Source: Oscillospiraceae bacterium (GTDB taxonomy: Bacteria; Bacillota; Clostridia; Oscillospirales; SIG627). Taken from it: a DNA stretch of 64,000 nucleotides. Made by a program: the position numbers and the translations under genes. Location of the stretch: positions 222 to 64,221 of the forward strand of contig SVQQ01000008.1 in the NCBI GenBank assembly GCA_015065265.1. Direction: 5' to 3'. Below are positions 10,043-20,085 of this stretch, piece by piece. A model generated the notes under the pieces. It had not been told where the DNA came from, searched no databases, and saw only the letters and a program-made list of their open reading frames with translations. Position 1 is the first letter of the stretch. Every line of letters begins with the position of its first letter.

Positions 10043-11599
10043 TTATAAAGTATCTAAATCTGAATTCTGTGTAGACTGTTGGGCTTTTTCGTTAAAAAAC
10101 TGAACGTTTTCAATAGTACTGTCAAACTCTCTTGCACATTCTAGAATGTGAGACGTACAAGAAGGAGTATTAAGCATCTGGATTACAAAGTCGTCTGCAA
10201 TAACGACAAGTGTTCCCGACTGCAATTTCATTTTAGCCTTTGCAAGAAAGAATTGTTTCATTGATTCTTTCTCACCGAATTTTTTAACAAGTTCATTGAC
10301 GTGTTCGAAGACGTCTTTGTTAGAAGTAGACTTAGGTTTTGATTTTTCTTTAGTCTCTTCTTCTACAACTACTTCAGGGGTCGGGGGGTCTTCTTTTTTT
10401 GATGTCTTGATTTTTTCCTTTACAGGGGTAGAGTTTTTCTCTACCACGACTCCTGATTTAATAGTTTCTTCAAGACGCGAAATTCTGTCTGACAGAGCAT
10501 CAAAACTCTTAATTGCAGATGGGGAGGTCATTTTTATAACGGTTATTTCCGCGCTGACCTTTTTATTGACTCCGAAGGAGTCGGGGGAATTTATAAACTT
10601 TTTAAGTTCGTCGATAAAGTAACTTAAAGTATCGTTTGAAAGAATTTCCGAAATTTCTGTAAGTCTGTTGAGTTCTGTCTCCGTGCAATTTATAAATCTT
10701 GACGGTGAAGAAACGTTCTTGACAATCAGGATATCTCGGCATATTGACAAAAGTTCAAAGAAACAAGATGTGATGTCACCGTTCTTTTCGTGAAGTTCGT
10801 CGGTTATGGTCAGGGCTCTAACTGTATTCTGCTTTGCGCAGGAGTAAATAAGTTCTATTAGTTGTTCTTTGTTAGATAAGCCAAGGAGGTTTATAACGTA
10901 TTCGGTAGTGATAAATCCGCCCTTAGATGCGCAAGATTCCAAAAGGCTAAGTGCATCTCGCATAGCGCCGTCAGAGAGATTAGCAATAATAACGGCTGCT
11001 TCCCTCTCCATATTTATGCCCTCGTTCGAGCATATTTCCATTAAGCGATCAACGATTTTTTCTTTCTTGATTCTGGAAAAATCGAATCTCTGGCAACGGG
11101 ACATTATGGTGGCGGGAACTTTCTGAAGTTCGGTAGTAGCCAAAATAAAGAGAGCGTGTTCAGGGGGTTCTTCGAGGGTTTTCAAAAGGGCGTTGAAGGC
11201 GGAAGCCGACAACATATGAACCTCGTCTACGATATATACTCTCTTCTTTACAACGGAAGGCGGGAAAACTACCTCGTCACACAAGGACCTGATATTATCG
11301 ACACCGTTGTTTGAAGCGGCGTCAAGTTCTACTACGTCTACACAGGTACCTGCATTGATTTGCTTACAGGAATCACATTCGTTACAGGGGTTTCCGTTTT
11401 GAAGATTTGTGCAGTTTGCCGCCTTGGCAAGTAACTTTGCGCAGGTGGTCTTACCTGTGCCTCTCGAACCGCAAAACATATATGCGTGAGAAAGTTTACC
11501 GCTAGATACCTGATGTTGTAAAACGGAAGTTATGTGCTCCTGTCCTACCACGTCACTGAAAACCTGAGGTCTCCATTTTCTATATAATGCCTGATACAT
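10043..11599 (-). CDS. dnaX: DNA polymerase III subunit gamma/tau
   Basis: YQALYRKWRPQ, GSRGTGKTT, DEVHMLS, LLKTLEEPP, SRCQRF. Confidence 0.97.
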   Translation of the reverse strand: MYQALYRKWRPQVFSDVVGQEHITSVLQHQVSSGKLSHAYMFCGSRGTGKTTCAKLLAKAANCTNLQNGNPCNECDSCKQINAGTCVDVVELDAASNNGVDNIRSLCDEVVFPPSVVKKRVYIVDEVHMLSASAFNALLKTLEEPPEHALFILATTELQKVPATIMSRCQRFDFSRIKKEKIVDRLMEICSNEGINMEREAAVIIANLSDGAMRDALSLLESCASKGGFITTEYVINLLGLSNKEQLIELIYSCAKQNTVRALTITDELHEKNGDITSCFFELLSICRDILIVKNVSSPSRFINCTETELNRLTEISEILSNDTLSYFIDELKKFINSPDSFGVNKKVSAEITVIKMTSPSAIKSFDALSDRISRLEETIKSGVVVEKNSTPVKEKIKTSKKEDPPTPEVVVEEETKEKSKPKSTSNKDVFEHVNELVKKFGEKESMKQFFLAKAKMKLQSGTLVVIADDFVIQMLNTPSCTSHILECAREFDSTIENVQFFNEKAQQSTQNSDLDTL

Positions 11600-11641
11600 T
11601 ATTTAACTCCTAAATACAAAATTAGCACAAGATACGAATTG

Positions 11642-11912
11642 AGACCATGCACCTTGACTCGAATATACAAACATGTCCGTTATCCTATCTCCAGACTCAG
11701 AACAGGCGACCTTGCGGCACATTGAACGAACTGCTTAATGCTGCTTGGTTCCCCACCTGACATGATTCACAGGATTCAATTGCGCAAGACCCATTCGTCA
11801 ACGCCCTTAAATAAGAGCAGCTACACATTTGTATTCCTCATCGAAGGAATTACCCCCTGCTATAGCGGATTTCAGGTTACAAGGTGCCGCTGTCTCCCCG
11901 GTTAGCATGGTC
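11642..11912 (-). ncRNA. ffs: Signal recognition particle RNA, large (Bacillus/Clostridium-type with Alu domain)
   Basis: Minus strand has the helix-8 core CATGTCAGGTGG-GGAA-CCAAGCAGCAT, an Alu-like 5' part (GGGGAG..AGCGG..CC.TGTAACCTGAAATCCGCT) and complementary ends. About 270 nt, in the canonical position upstream of dnaX. End coordinates are approximate. Confidence 0.92.
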
Positions 11913-11937
11913 TTAATTCGTATCTTGTGTATTGAAA

Positions 11938-12576
11938 TTATTTAGTTCCGAAAATTCTGTCTCCCGCATCACCAAGTCCAGGTAAAATGTAGGAGTGAGA
12001 ATTAAGTTCTCTATCGAGTGCTGCGGCGTAAATCTGAACGTCGGGATGAGCAGAGAGTACTGCTTCAACTCCTTCGGGTGCCGCTACAATGTTCATCATC
12101 TTTATGTGTTTAACGCCTGAGTTTTTAAGAAGGTCAATTGCAGCCACTGCTGAACCGCCTGTTGCAAGCATTGGGTCAATGATAATTGCAATTCTTTCTG
12201 AAATGTCCTGAGGAAGTTTGCAATAGTAGGTTACGGGAAGTGCGGTCTCGGGGTCACGGTAAAGACCTATATGTCCTACTTTTGCTGCAGGTATAAGAGT
12301 AAGAATTCCAGGCTCCATACCAAGTCCTGCACGAAGGATAGGAATGATTGCAAGTTTTTTACCTGCAATACTCTTGGCTGTCATTTTTTCAAGAGGAGTT
12401 TCTATCTCCACGTCTTCAAGAGGTAAATCACGGGTTGCTTCATATGCTACAAGCATTGCGATTTCGCTAACAAGTTCTCTGAATTCTTTGCAACCTGTTT
12501 CGACGTCTCTCAAAATAGAAAGTTTGTGCTGAATTAAAGGATGATTGCATACCATAAAGTTTTGAAATTCTTTCAT
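11938..12576 (-). CDS. upp: Uracil phosphoribosyltransferase
   Basis: [43 protein letters not shown]. Start moved to ATG 12576 (AGAGGA RBS). Confidence 0.97.
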   Translation of the reverse strand: MKEFQNFMVCNHPLIQHKLSILRDVETGCKEFRELVSEIAMLVAYEATRDLPLEDVEIETPLEKMTAKSIAGKKLAIIPILRAGLGMEPGILTLIPAAKVGHIGLYRDPETALPVTYYCKLPQDISERIAIIIDPMLATGGSAVAAIDLLKNSGVKHIKMMNIVAAPEGVEAVLSAHPDVQIYAAALDRELNSHSYILPGLGDAGDRIFGTK

Positions 12577-12614
12577 TGTACAAGTCCTCTTTTTAATTAT
12601 TTTTAAACACAATT

Positions 12615-12643
12615 AGTATATCACAAAAGTGTGTGTTTGGCAA
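12615..12643 (-). promoter_or_regulatory. Putative sigma-A promoter upstream of upp
   Basis: Minus strand TTGCCA-17 nt-TATACT with TG extension. Confidence 0.6.
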
Positions 12644-12657
12644 CAATTTAAGTAAAA

Positions 12658-13089
12658 TTATAAAATTTTATCGTAGAGTTCTACTCTCTTCTGGTGACGT
12701 CCGCCTTCAAACTCGGTATTGAGGAAAATTTCAAGGTTATAAAGCACTGCTTCAATACCCATAGTACGACCGCCAAAGCAAATTACGTTTGCATTATTGT
12801 GCAGTCTTGAAAACTTTACGCTATAACTGTCATTGGTGCATATTGCTCTTACGCCTTCAGTCTTATTGGCGCATAACATCATACCAAGACCTGTTCCGCA
12901 ACAAAGAATACCTTTTTCTGCCTGTTTTGTGGCAACACATTCTGCTACTTTCTTTGCATAAACGGGATAGTCAACGGATGCGGTGGAATCTGTGCCGAAG
13001 TCTTTAACTTCTATTCCCTTTCCTTCAAGGTACTTTTTAATTTCCTCTTTAAGTTGGTATCCGCCGTGGTCACAAGCAATTGCTATCAT
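12658..13089 (-). CDS. rpiB: Ribose-5-phosphate isomerase B
   Basis: ACDHGG, CGTGLG, HNNANV, FEGGRHQKRV. Confidence 0.96.
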   Translation of the reverse strand: MIAIACDHGGYQLKEEIKKYLEGKGIEVKDFGTDSTASVDYPVYAKKVAECVATKQAEKGILCCGTGLGMMLCANKTEGVRAICTNDSYSVKFSRLHNNANVICFGGRTMGIEAVLYNLEIFLNTEFEGGRHQKRVELYDKIL

Positions 13090-13091
13090 TA

Positions 13092-13814
13092 TTATCTCTC
13101 CTTATTATTTACTCTCTCCGCTTGTGAAGTTCTTAAATATAGCGGAGTAATTTGTGATGCTGTTTGGTATTCGTTTTTCAAATAAGACTGATATGCAAGT
13201 TTCGCAACTGACACTGCGTTCTGTCTTAACTGAATTTCACTTGCGAGGACAGAATCAATTGGGGTATTTTTTTCTTTAAGATAGTTATAGAGTTTTTCTG
13301 CTCCGTCGCCGTTTATATACACTTTTTTATTTTCTTTTACAAGTTCAGCTTCAAGTTCTTCAAGGGATATAGGTCTGTCTTCCGTCAGCCTTTTAATACA
13401 CTCTCCGTCGTACAAAAACAGGGCGTTATAAAGTTCGTTTCTTCTTGCATCCATTGCAGGACACAAAATAACGGGCTCAGAAAACTTATCAAAGGTAGTA
13501 AATCGAAAATTTTCTGCGAGTGCCAAAATCGAAGAGGTACCCACGATTTTAGTGTTTTTATAAAAAGCAAGTCCTTTTGCGGTGGCAATACCGATTCTCA
13601 CACCTGTAAAGGAGCCTGGGCCTCGGGATACTCCGATTAACTCCACGTCGTCTATAGTGTAACCTGAATTTTTCAGTATTTCGTCAATCATAGGAAGTAA
13701 TTTTTCACTATGGGTGAGTTTATTATGCACAGAGGAACTTGCAATTACCCTTTCTCCGTCAAAGAGTGCAACACTTGCGGTAACAGCAGTTGTATCTAAA
13801 CCAAGAATTAACAT
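13092..13814 (-). CDS. tsaB: t6A biosynthesis protein TsaB
   Basis: LGLDTT, HSEKLLP, GPGSFTGVRIG, DARRNE, PLYLR. Confidence 0.95.
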   Translation of the reverse strand: MLILGLDTTAVTASVALFDGERVIASSSVHNKLTHSEKLLPMIDEILKNSGYTIDDVELIGVSRGPGSFTGVRIGIATAKGLAFYKNTKIVGTSSILALAENFRFTTFDKFSEPVILCPAMDARRNELYNALFLYDGECIKRLTEDRPISLEELEAELVKENKKVYINGDGAEKLYNYLKEKNTPIDSVLASEIQLRQNAVSVAKLAYQSYLKNEYQTASQITPLYLRTSQAERVNNKER

Positions 13815-13816
13815 TT

Positions 13817-14239
13817 TTAAAACTCCACAACTATATTTCTTTCGTTTTCAACGTCGGTTTTTAATATGCTGACTTTTATGACGTCTTCAGGGAGAGCGTA
13901 GGTAATATTTTCGCTCCACTCGGTAACTACGACGGCGTCGTCGAGATAATCGTAAAAGCCCACTGAATACAAGTCGTCTTCGTCTGCTATTCTATACATA
14001 TCAAAGTGGTAAAAGTTCTTTTTATCAGAAGTATATTTGTTTACAATGTTATAGGTGGGACTTGTGACAACTGCGTCTTTATCAAAACTTTTAACCATTC
14101 CCCTGACAAAGGCGGTCTTCCCTGCTCCCAAATCGCCAAAGAGGGCGACGAAAGCGGGGTAAGGTAACATTTTCATAAGGTTTGCGCCTATATTTTCCGT
14201 TTCTTCGGGGGAAAAAGTTTTATACGTTTTTGTGGACAC
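13817..14239 (-). CDS. tsaE: t6A biosynthesis ATPase TsaE
   Basis: GDLGAGKT, VTSPTY, HFDMYR, EWS. Confidence 0.96.
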   Translation of the reverse strand: MSTKTYKTFSPEETENIGANLMKMLPYPAFVALFGDLGAGKTAFVRGMVKSFDKDAVVTSPTYNIVNKYTSDKKNFYHFDMYRIADEDDLYSVGFYDYLDDAVVVTEWSENITYALPEDVIKVSILKTDVENERNIVVEF

Positions 14240-14328
14240 GAAAATGACCTCTCGATTTATATGAATTTTATTTATTTTACCACATTTTTATTATAATGTC
14301 AATTATTTATAACCTTTATATAAAGGAA

Positions 14329-14360
14329 ATATCGTTAGCAGAAAAGTCTGCTAACGATAT
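14329..14360 (-). terminator. Stem-loop downstream of the SGNH gene
   Basis: Perfect inverted repeat ATATCGTTAGCAGA-aaag-TCTGCTAACGATAT. Confidence 0.7.
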
Positions 14361-14364
14361 ATTT

Positions 14365-15297
14365 TTAGTCTATTGCATGAGTTCTGATGTAATCGAGAAT
14401 TACTTCAAAGCCTGCCTTTGAAATGTGAATACCGTCACCGTTACAATAATCGTTTATAAGGTAACCGTTTTCACCCACGAGTGCTGAAATGGTATTCAAG
14501 TAATACACTTCGTTTTCCTTTGCGATTTCTGCAATCCATACGTTTGCACGGTTTATTTTTTCCATACTTATTGACTTTACTTCATAGTAGTCGCAAACGG
14601 GGTAAATAGATTGAAGAATTATGTTTGTTTCGGGTGATTTTTCTTTAATTATTTTTACAAGGTCATTGTAATACTTTTTAAAATTCTCTTCACTTAAACT
14701 TGAAACTCCGTTGACACCGAGAGTTAAAACAACGGTCTTGGGAGTTTTTAGATGAATTGCATCGGCGATTGACATTTCAGAGTCGTCCTCGGGGTAAACG
14801 ATATTCTCGGTGAGCAAATTCCACATAGCAAGTGTACCGCTTTTAGGGGTCCACACTTGATTTGTGTTTTTACCGCCTTTAAGGACACCGTAATAAGCCA
14901 TTCCGTGAGTGGTGGAGTCACCTATGAAAATCATGTCGTCAATATACTCTTGTCCCGCGTCTTCGCTCTTGTCAAGGATTGTATCATCAAAAAGTTCGAG
15001 AAGTTCTGCGTGGGTATAGAGAGGTTTTGGTGCATCTGATTTAAACTCGGTTTTATCTTCCTCGGGAATCTCGACAGAAGTCTGAGGAGTGTCGTCAGGG
15101 TCCTCGTTGGAGTCATTGTCTGGAGTGACGTTTTCCGTTGTATTATCAGGTAAAGATACTTCGGTGTCAGGTGTATTGGTATTATCTTCCACATCTTTTT
15201 TGAAGACGTCTTTTATTATAATACAAGCATATACCACCACAATTACAAAAACTATCAAACTTATGACAGGAAATATTCTGAGTTTTCTTTTTTTCAT
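14365..15297 (-). CDS. Membrane-anchored SGNH/GDSL hydrolase with acidic linker
   Basis: N-terminal TM helix, D/E/T/P-rich linker, FIGDS, LGVNG, DGIH. Start moved to ATG 15297. Confidence 0.85.
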   Translation of the reverse strand: MKKRKLRIFPVISLIVFVIVVVYACIIIKDVFKKDVEDNTNTPDTEVSLPDNTTENVTPDNDSNEDPDDTPQTSVEIPEEDKTEFKSDAPKPLYTHAELLELFDDTILDKSEDAGQEYIDDMIFIGDSTTHGMAYYGVLKGGKNTNQVWTPKSGTLAMWNLLTENIVYPEDDSEMSIADAIHLKTPKTVVLTLGVNGVSSLSEENFKKYYNDLVKIIKEKSPETNIILQSIYPVCDYYEVKSISMEKINRANVWIAEIAKENEVYYLNTISALVGENGYLINDYCNGDGIHISKAGFEVILDYIRTHAID

Positions 15298-15316
15298 AAT
15301 TAACCTCACAAAAGTA

Positions 15317-15341
15317 CATGCCCGTGGTAGTCACGGGCATG
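15317..15341 (-). terminator. Stem-loop after ispH-rpsA
   Basis: CATGCCCGTG-gtagt-CACGGGCATG, followed by TACTTTT on the minus strand. Confidence 0.65.
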
Positions 15342-15354
15342 AAAGTAACATAAA

Positions 15355-17388
15355 TTATTCGTTAACTTCTTCTTCAGGTGCTTCTTCCTTTTCTTCAACA
15401 GTTTCTTCGGGGAGGAGCGCTCTGATAGAAAGGCTTACCTTCTGATTTTCGTCATCGATTTCGATAATCTTCGCTTCAACTTCTTCACCAAGTTTTAAAA
15501 CGTCCTCGGGTTTGTTGATCTTAGTATTAGAAATCTGAGAAATATGAATGAGTCCGTCAACGCCCGGTACAATCTCTGCGAATGCACCGAAGGGCATCAT
15601 GTTAACAATCTTAACACGTGCTGTGTCTTCTACTTTATAAGTATCGTTGAATATCTTCCAAGGGTTAGTAGCGTCGGTCTTGTATCCAAGTGAAATACGG
15701 TTGTTTTCCTTATCGAAGGCTTTAACAAAAACTTCGAGTTCGTCACCAACGTTTACTACCTGTGAAGGATGTTTAAGTCTGAGCCAAGAGAGTTCGGTGA
15801 TGTGGAGCATACCGTCAACTCCGCCAAGGTCAAGGAATACACCAAAGCTTGTAAGTGATTTAACCTTACCTGTGTATTTCTTTCCTTCTTCGATTTCTGA
15901 CCAGAATTTTTCAGCGATAGCGCGTCTTTCTTCGCGTACTACCACTTTGATTGAACCAACTGCACGTCTCTTCTGCTGGTCTGCTTCAATAAGTTTGAAT
16001 CTTACTGTCTGAGATGCGAGTTTTGTCAAATCGCCACCCATGGGAACGCCTGTCTGGGATGCGGGAATGAATATTCTGATTCCGTTCCAGATAACAACTA
16101 CGCCACCCTTAACAACGTCGATAACCTTACCTTCAAGAACTTCTCCGGCATTGTATGCTTCTTCAACTTTAACCCATTTTGAGAAATAGTCGATTTTCTT
16201 TTTAGAAACCTGAACCGTTCCTTCCTGATCGTTAAACTTCATAAGAAGAACTGTTATTTCGTCGCCAACATGGAATTCAGACATAACGTCAAGTGAGGGG
16301 TCGTCTGTAATTTCATCATAAGTAAGTATACCTGTATGTTTAACGCCGAGATCCACGTGAATCTCTGCAGGTGATACCGAAGTAATAACGCCTGTTACCT
16401 TTTCTCCTGTAGTAAGTGTTTTGAATGACATATCGAGCATTTCTTCAAAACTCATATTGTCATTGATTGCCAAGTTGTTTGTCTCAGCCACGGTGTTTTC
16501 AGCATTTGTGATTTCTGCCATTTTGTTTATAACCTCCTGTATAATTCTGTCGGGTGTCGAAGCACCGGCAGTAATACCAATTTTATTTTTGCCTTTTATC
16601 ATATCGGGGGTAATCTCTTTTTCACCTGATATCCAAAAGGCGTCGCAAAACTCAGAAGATACCTTGTAAAGTTTTCCTGTATTGGAACTGTTCTTGCCAC
16701 CAATTATTACCATAAGGTCTGATTTTTTGGCAATTTTCTTAGCATCTTCCTGACGATTTTGTGTAACACTGCATATTGTATCAAAAAAAGTTAAATTTGT
16801 ATATAGTTTTTTAAGAATTTTAACACAAATTTTCCATTCGTTAATATTTTGTGTAGTTTGCGCAATAACTACCTTGCGTTTTTTGTCATCTGAGGGGATA
16901 AAATGGACGTTTTCTTCAAGTTCTTTGGAATTATTAACAACAACGTATTTACTTTTGTCCCCCATTTTGCCAATAAAACTGCAAATGCTCTGAATCTCGG
17001 GATGATTCTCGTTGCCAACAACTATGAAATACGGGTCGTCTACTTTATTTTCTTTAATTGCTATCTGCCATATTTTTTTGACAAATGGGCAAGTGGTGTC
17101 TACATATTCGATTCCAAGGGATTCGAGTTTTTCGTAGGTTTGTTTCAAAGCACCGTGGGCTCTTATAAAGACAAGAGAGTCTTCGGGGGTAAGGTGTGAC
17201 AGTTCTTCTTCGCTTTCGAGTTTTTTAACGCCACGGGATTCAAGATATTTAATATAGTCTTCGTTATGAATTAAGTCGCCGAGGGTATATACGGTTTTTG
17301 TAGTATTGTTAATAGTTTCTTCTATTAAATCGGCGGCTCTTTTTACGCCGAAGCAAAAGCCTGCGTATTCAGATACTGTTATTTTCAT
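15355..17388 (-). CDS. ispH: Bifunctional IspH (HMBPP reductase) / 30S ribosomal protein S1
   Basis: GFCFGV, DTTCPFV, TICSVT (three Fe-S Cys), SSN and GITAGASTP, followed by four S1 repeats (DGMLHITEL, DGLIHISQIS). Confidence 0.95.
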   Translation of the reverse strand: MKITVSEYAGFCFGVKRAADLIEETINNTTKTVYTLGDLIHNEDYIKYLESRGVKKLESEEELSHLTPEDSLVFIRAHGALKQTYEKLESLGIEYVDTTCPFVKKIWQIAIKENKVDDPYFIVVGNENHPEIQSICSFIGKMGDKSKYVVVNNSKELEENVHFIPSDDKKRKVVIAQTTQNINEWKICVKILKKLYTNLTFFDTICSVTQNRQEDAKKIAKKSDLMVIIGGKNSSNTGKLYKVSSEFCDAFWISGEKEITPDMIKGKNKIGITAGASTPDRIIQEVINKMAEITNAENTVAETNNLAINDNMSFEEMLDMSFKTLTTGEKVTGVITSVSPAEIHVDLGVKHTGILTYDEITDDPSLDVMSEFHVGDEITVLLMKFNDQEGTVQVSKKKIDYFSKWVKVEEAYNAGEVLEGKVIDVVKGGVVVIWNGIRIFIPASQTGVPMGGDLTKLASQTVRFKLIEADQQKRRAVGSIKVVVREERRAIAEKFWSEIEEGKKYTGKVKSLTSFGVFLDLGGVDGMLHITELSWLRLKHPSQVVNVGDELEVFVKAFDKENNRISLGYKTDATNPWKIFNDTYKVEDTARVKIVNMMPFGAFAEIVPGVDGLIHISQISNTKINKPEDVLKLGEEVEAKIIEIDDENQKVSLSIRALLPEETVEEKEEAPEEEVNE

Positions 17389-17993
17389 TACTCTTCATCG
17401 GGTCGTGCCAAAAAACAAATTTTTTCAAATATTTTTTCAGATGCCAGTTGAAAATCACGCCCGTCTTCTCCAAAATCAATTTCTTTGGCAGGTATAATAT
17501 CGCCAATTCTTACAATAATTTTTCTAAATGGTCTTATTCTGTAATTTTTTGTATAAATACCAACCGGCAAAACTCCTGCTCCCGATTTTGCACAGATAAA
17601 GCCAACACCTTTCTTTGCCTGTTCGGGTTTAGGTTCTACGTGAAGTCTTTTGCCCTGAGGGAAAAGTGAAAAGCATCCGCCGTTTTCGATAATTTCGATG
17701 GATTTTTTTATGGCGGCAAGGTCCTGTCCGCTTCTTGATACGGGAAATGCTCCAAAACGAGAGATTACGTCCTTGATGATAGGCACTTTAAAAAGGCTTT
17801 CTTTTGCCATAAAGTTTATGGGAAGTTCCGTGCATACGATAGTTAAAATCGGGTCCCAGTTTGAAAGGTGGTTGGCGCAGATTATAAACTTTGAGTCGGT
17901 ATCTTTATTGGTGCGCTCGTCAATTACCTTTACTCTTAAAAGAAACTTTATTGGGGCTTTTAAAAGTTTTATAACAAAATTGTAGAGTTTCAT
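17388..17993 (-). CDS. plsC: 1-acyl-sn-glycerol-3-phosphate acyltransferase
   Basis: NHLSNWD (NHxxxxD), FMAKESLF, FPQGKR. Confidence 0.9.
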   Translation of the reverse strand: MKLYNFVIKLLKAPIKFLLRVKVIDERTNKDTDSKFIICANHLSNWDPILTIVCTELPINFMAKESLFKVPIIKDVISRFGAFPVSRSGQDLAAIKKSIEIIENGGCFSLFPQGKRLHVEPKPEQAKKGVGFICAKSGAGVLPVGIYTKNYRIRPFRKIIVRIGDIIPAKEIDFGEDGRDFQLASEKIFEKICFLARPDEE

Positions 17994-17995
17994 TC

Positions 17996-18667
17996 TTATT
18001 TTACCTGTTCGTTTATTATTTCGATGGCTCTCTTTAAGGTATCCTCTTCTGTAAAGAGGGTATTATCAAGAAGGATAGCGTCCTCTGCTTTGATGGCAGG
18101 AGCTACTTCTCTTGTGGAATCGTTTTTGTCGCGAAGTGTCATATCGTTATACACTTCTTCAAGGGTTGTTTCAACGCCCTTGCCAATTAACTCTTCATAG
18201 CGTCTTTCGGCGCGCTTTTTGGGGTCTGCGGTAAGATAAATCTTTACGTCGGCGTCTGGCAATACCACTGTGGCGATATCCCTTCCGTCCATTACCACAG
18301 ATTTGGTCTTTGCGATATTTCTCTGTATATCAAGTAAGAAAGTTCTCACTTCAGGTATAGCAGATACTGCGGAAGCGTACATAGAAATATCGGGGGTTCT
18401 TATGTAAGACGAGACGTCCTCACCGTTGAGCATTACCTTTTGAACTCCGTTATCGTAGCAAAGGTCAAGTTTTATCTCGGGAAGTAAGTCAATTGTCTTA
18501 TTTACTTCTTCAAGAGAAATCCCTTTATTCCTTACGTAGTAACCGATTGAACGGTAAAGGGCACCTGTGTCCACGTAGATGTATCCTAAGGTTTTTGCTA
18601 CTTTTTTCGCAAGGGAACTCTTCCCTGCTCCTGAAGGTCCATCGATTGCTATGTTGATTATTTTCAT
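17996..18667 (-). CDS. cmk: Cytidylate kinase
   Basis: IAIDGPSGAGKSS, DTGALYR, DGRDI, RDKND. Start moved to ATG 18667. Confidence 0.96.
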   Translation of the reverse strand: MKIINIAIDGPSGAGKSSLAKKVAKTLGYIYVDTGALYRSIGYYVRNKGISLEEVNKTIDLLPEIKLDLCYDNGVQKVMLNGEDVSSYIRTPDISMYASAVSAIPEVRTFLLDIQRNIAKTKSVVMDGRDIATVVLPDADVKIYLTADPKKRAERRYEELIGKGVETTLEEVYNDMTLRDKNDSTREVAPAIKAEDAILLDNTLFTEEDTLKRAIEIINEQVK

Positions 18668-18683
18668 TTCATATACCTCTAAT

Positions 18684-19925
18684 TTAAATTTCTGCATTTG
18701 TTATTGCGGCTCTGGCGGTGGAAAAGGCAATTTGAAGATTAAATCCACCCGTGTAGGCGTCAACGTCAATTATTTCCCCTGCAAAGTAAAGTCCAGATAC
18801 AAGTTTTGACTCCATTGTTTTTGGGTTTATCTCGGAAACACTCACTCCGCCTGATGTGATAATAGCCTCATTTATAGGTCTGGTGCCAACAATAGTAAGG
18901 GTAAGATTTTTAAGAAGTGAGACTAGTCTGTTTCTTTCAACTTTTGTGATTTCGCATACTTTCTTTTTAGGGCTAATGCCCGACAGTTCTATTATTACGG
19001 GGATAAGTTTTGAGGGAAGTAAATCGGACAGTGAATTAGAAAAGTCGCGATTGATATTCAAAGAGAAGTCGGACAGTATTCTTTTATCGAGTTTTTCACT
19101 GTCAAGTGCAGGTTTTAAGTCGATAACAAGTACGTATTTCTCTTTTTGTTCACTTAAGTTTCTCAAATGGGAAGATGCACTTAATATAACGGGGCCGCTT
19201 ACACCGTAATGGGTGAATAGCATTTCTCCGAAGTCTTCGTATACTGTCTTTTTATTTTCTTTATCTATAATTTTTAGTGAGATATTTTTAAGACCTAGTC
19301 CCATTAAACCGTAACACCATTTTTCTTTACATATAAAAGGTACGAGTGATGGCTTTGGGGTAACAATTTTGTGAGAAAACTTTTCTGCAAAGGTATATCC
19401 GTCACCTGTTGAACCTGTACTTTTATATGATACTCCTCCTGTGGCGATTATTACCTTGTCAAATTCATAGGTTCTGCTTTTTGTTTTAATAAAAAAGGTA
19501 TTATCCGTTTTATCTACGTCTAAAACCGAGGAATAAACAAAGTTTACTCCAAGTGCTTTTGCGCGGTTTAACAGGGTGTCTCTTACGTCCTTCGCCTTAT
19601 CTGAGGCAGGGAAAACTCTCTGCCCTCTTTCGATTTTAAGTTCAAGGCCCAAGTTTTCAAAGAACTCTATCGTATCTTGATTTGAAAAGGAATTAAATGA
19701 AGAATATAAGAACTTTGAATTAACGGGGACATTCTTAAAAAACTCTTCCCTGTCGCAAGAGGTGGTAACGTTACAACGACCTTTTCCCGTTATCATAAGT
19801 TTTTTGCCTGTATATTCATTTTTTTCAAACACAGTTACTTCGTTATCAACTGTATTCGTTAAAGAAGCGGCGGCGAAAAGTCCTGCGGCACCTCCGCCGA
19901 TTATGGCAATACGGTTTAATTTCAT
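18684..19925 (-). CDS. HI0933/YhiN (BaiN-like) flavoprotein
   Basis: GGGAAG, TGKGRCNVT, GRVFP-like, TGSTGDGY, FTHYGVSGP, GGFNLQIAFSTA. Start likely ATG 19925. Confidence 0.92.
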   Translation of the reverse strand: MKLNRIAIIGGGAAGLFAAASLTNTVDNEVTVFEKNEYTGKKLMITGKGRCNVTTSCDREEFFKNVPVNSKFLYSSFNSFSNQDTIEFFENLGLELKIERGQRVFPASDKAKDVRDTLLNRAKALGVNFVYSSVLDVDKTDNTFFIKTKSRTYEFDKVIIATGGVSYKSTGSTGDGYTFAEKFSHKIVTPKPSLVPFICKEKWCYGLMGLGLKNISLKIIDKENKKTVYEDFGEMLFTHYGVSGPVILSASSHLRNLSEQKEKYVLVIDLKPALDSEKLDKRILSDFSLNINRDFSNSLSDLLPSKLIPVIIELSGISPKKKVCEITKVERNRLVSLLKNLTLTIVGTRPINEAIITSGGVSVSEINPKTMESKLVSGLYFAGEIIDVDAYTGGFNLQIAFSTARAAITNAEI

Positions 19926-20022
19926 ATACTCCTCTAAAAAAATAGGATAGTTCTTTCCACTTGGTATTTTACTATTTTTTATAAAAAATTGCAACTAAAT
20001 TTTCTATATTTATTTTTATTTA

Positions 20023-20051
20023 TTGAAATGTTTTTCTTTTAGTGATATAAT
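20023..20051 (+). promoter_or_regulatory. Putative sigma-A promoter
   Basis: TTGAAA-17 nt-TATAAT with TG extension, upstream of the 20086 ORF. Confidence 0.65.
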
Positions 20052-20085
20052 GAGTACACAAAGATATTAAAAAGCAGGAGTTAAA

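Noticed and set aside
10043-11599. Programmed frameshift in dnaX
   Set aside because: No clear slippery site with a stimulatory hairpin was identified; A-runs are common in this AT-rich genome.
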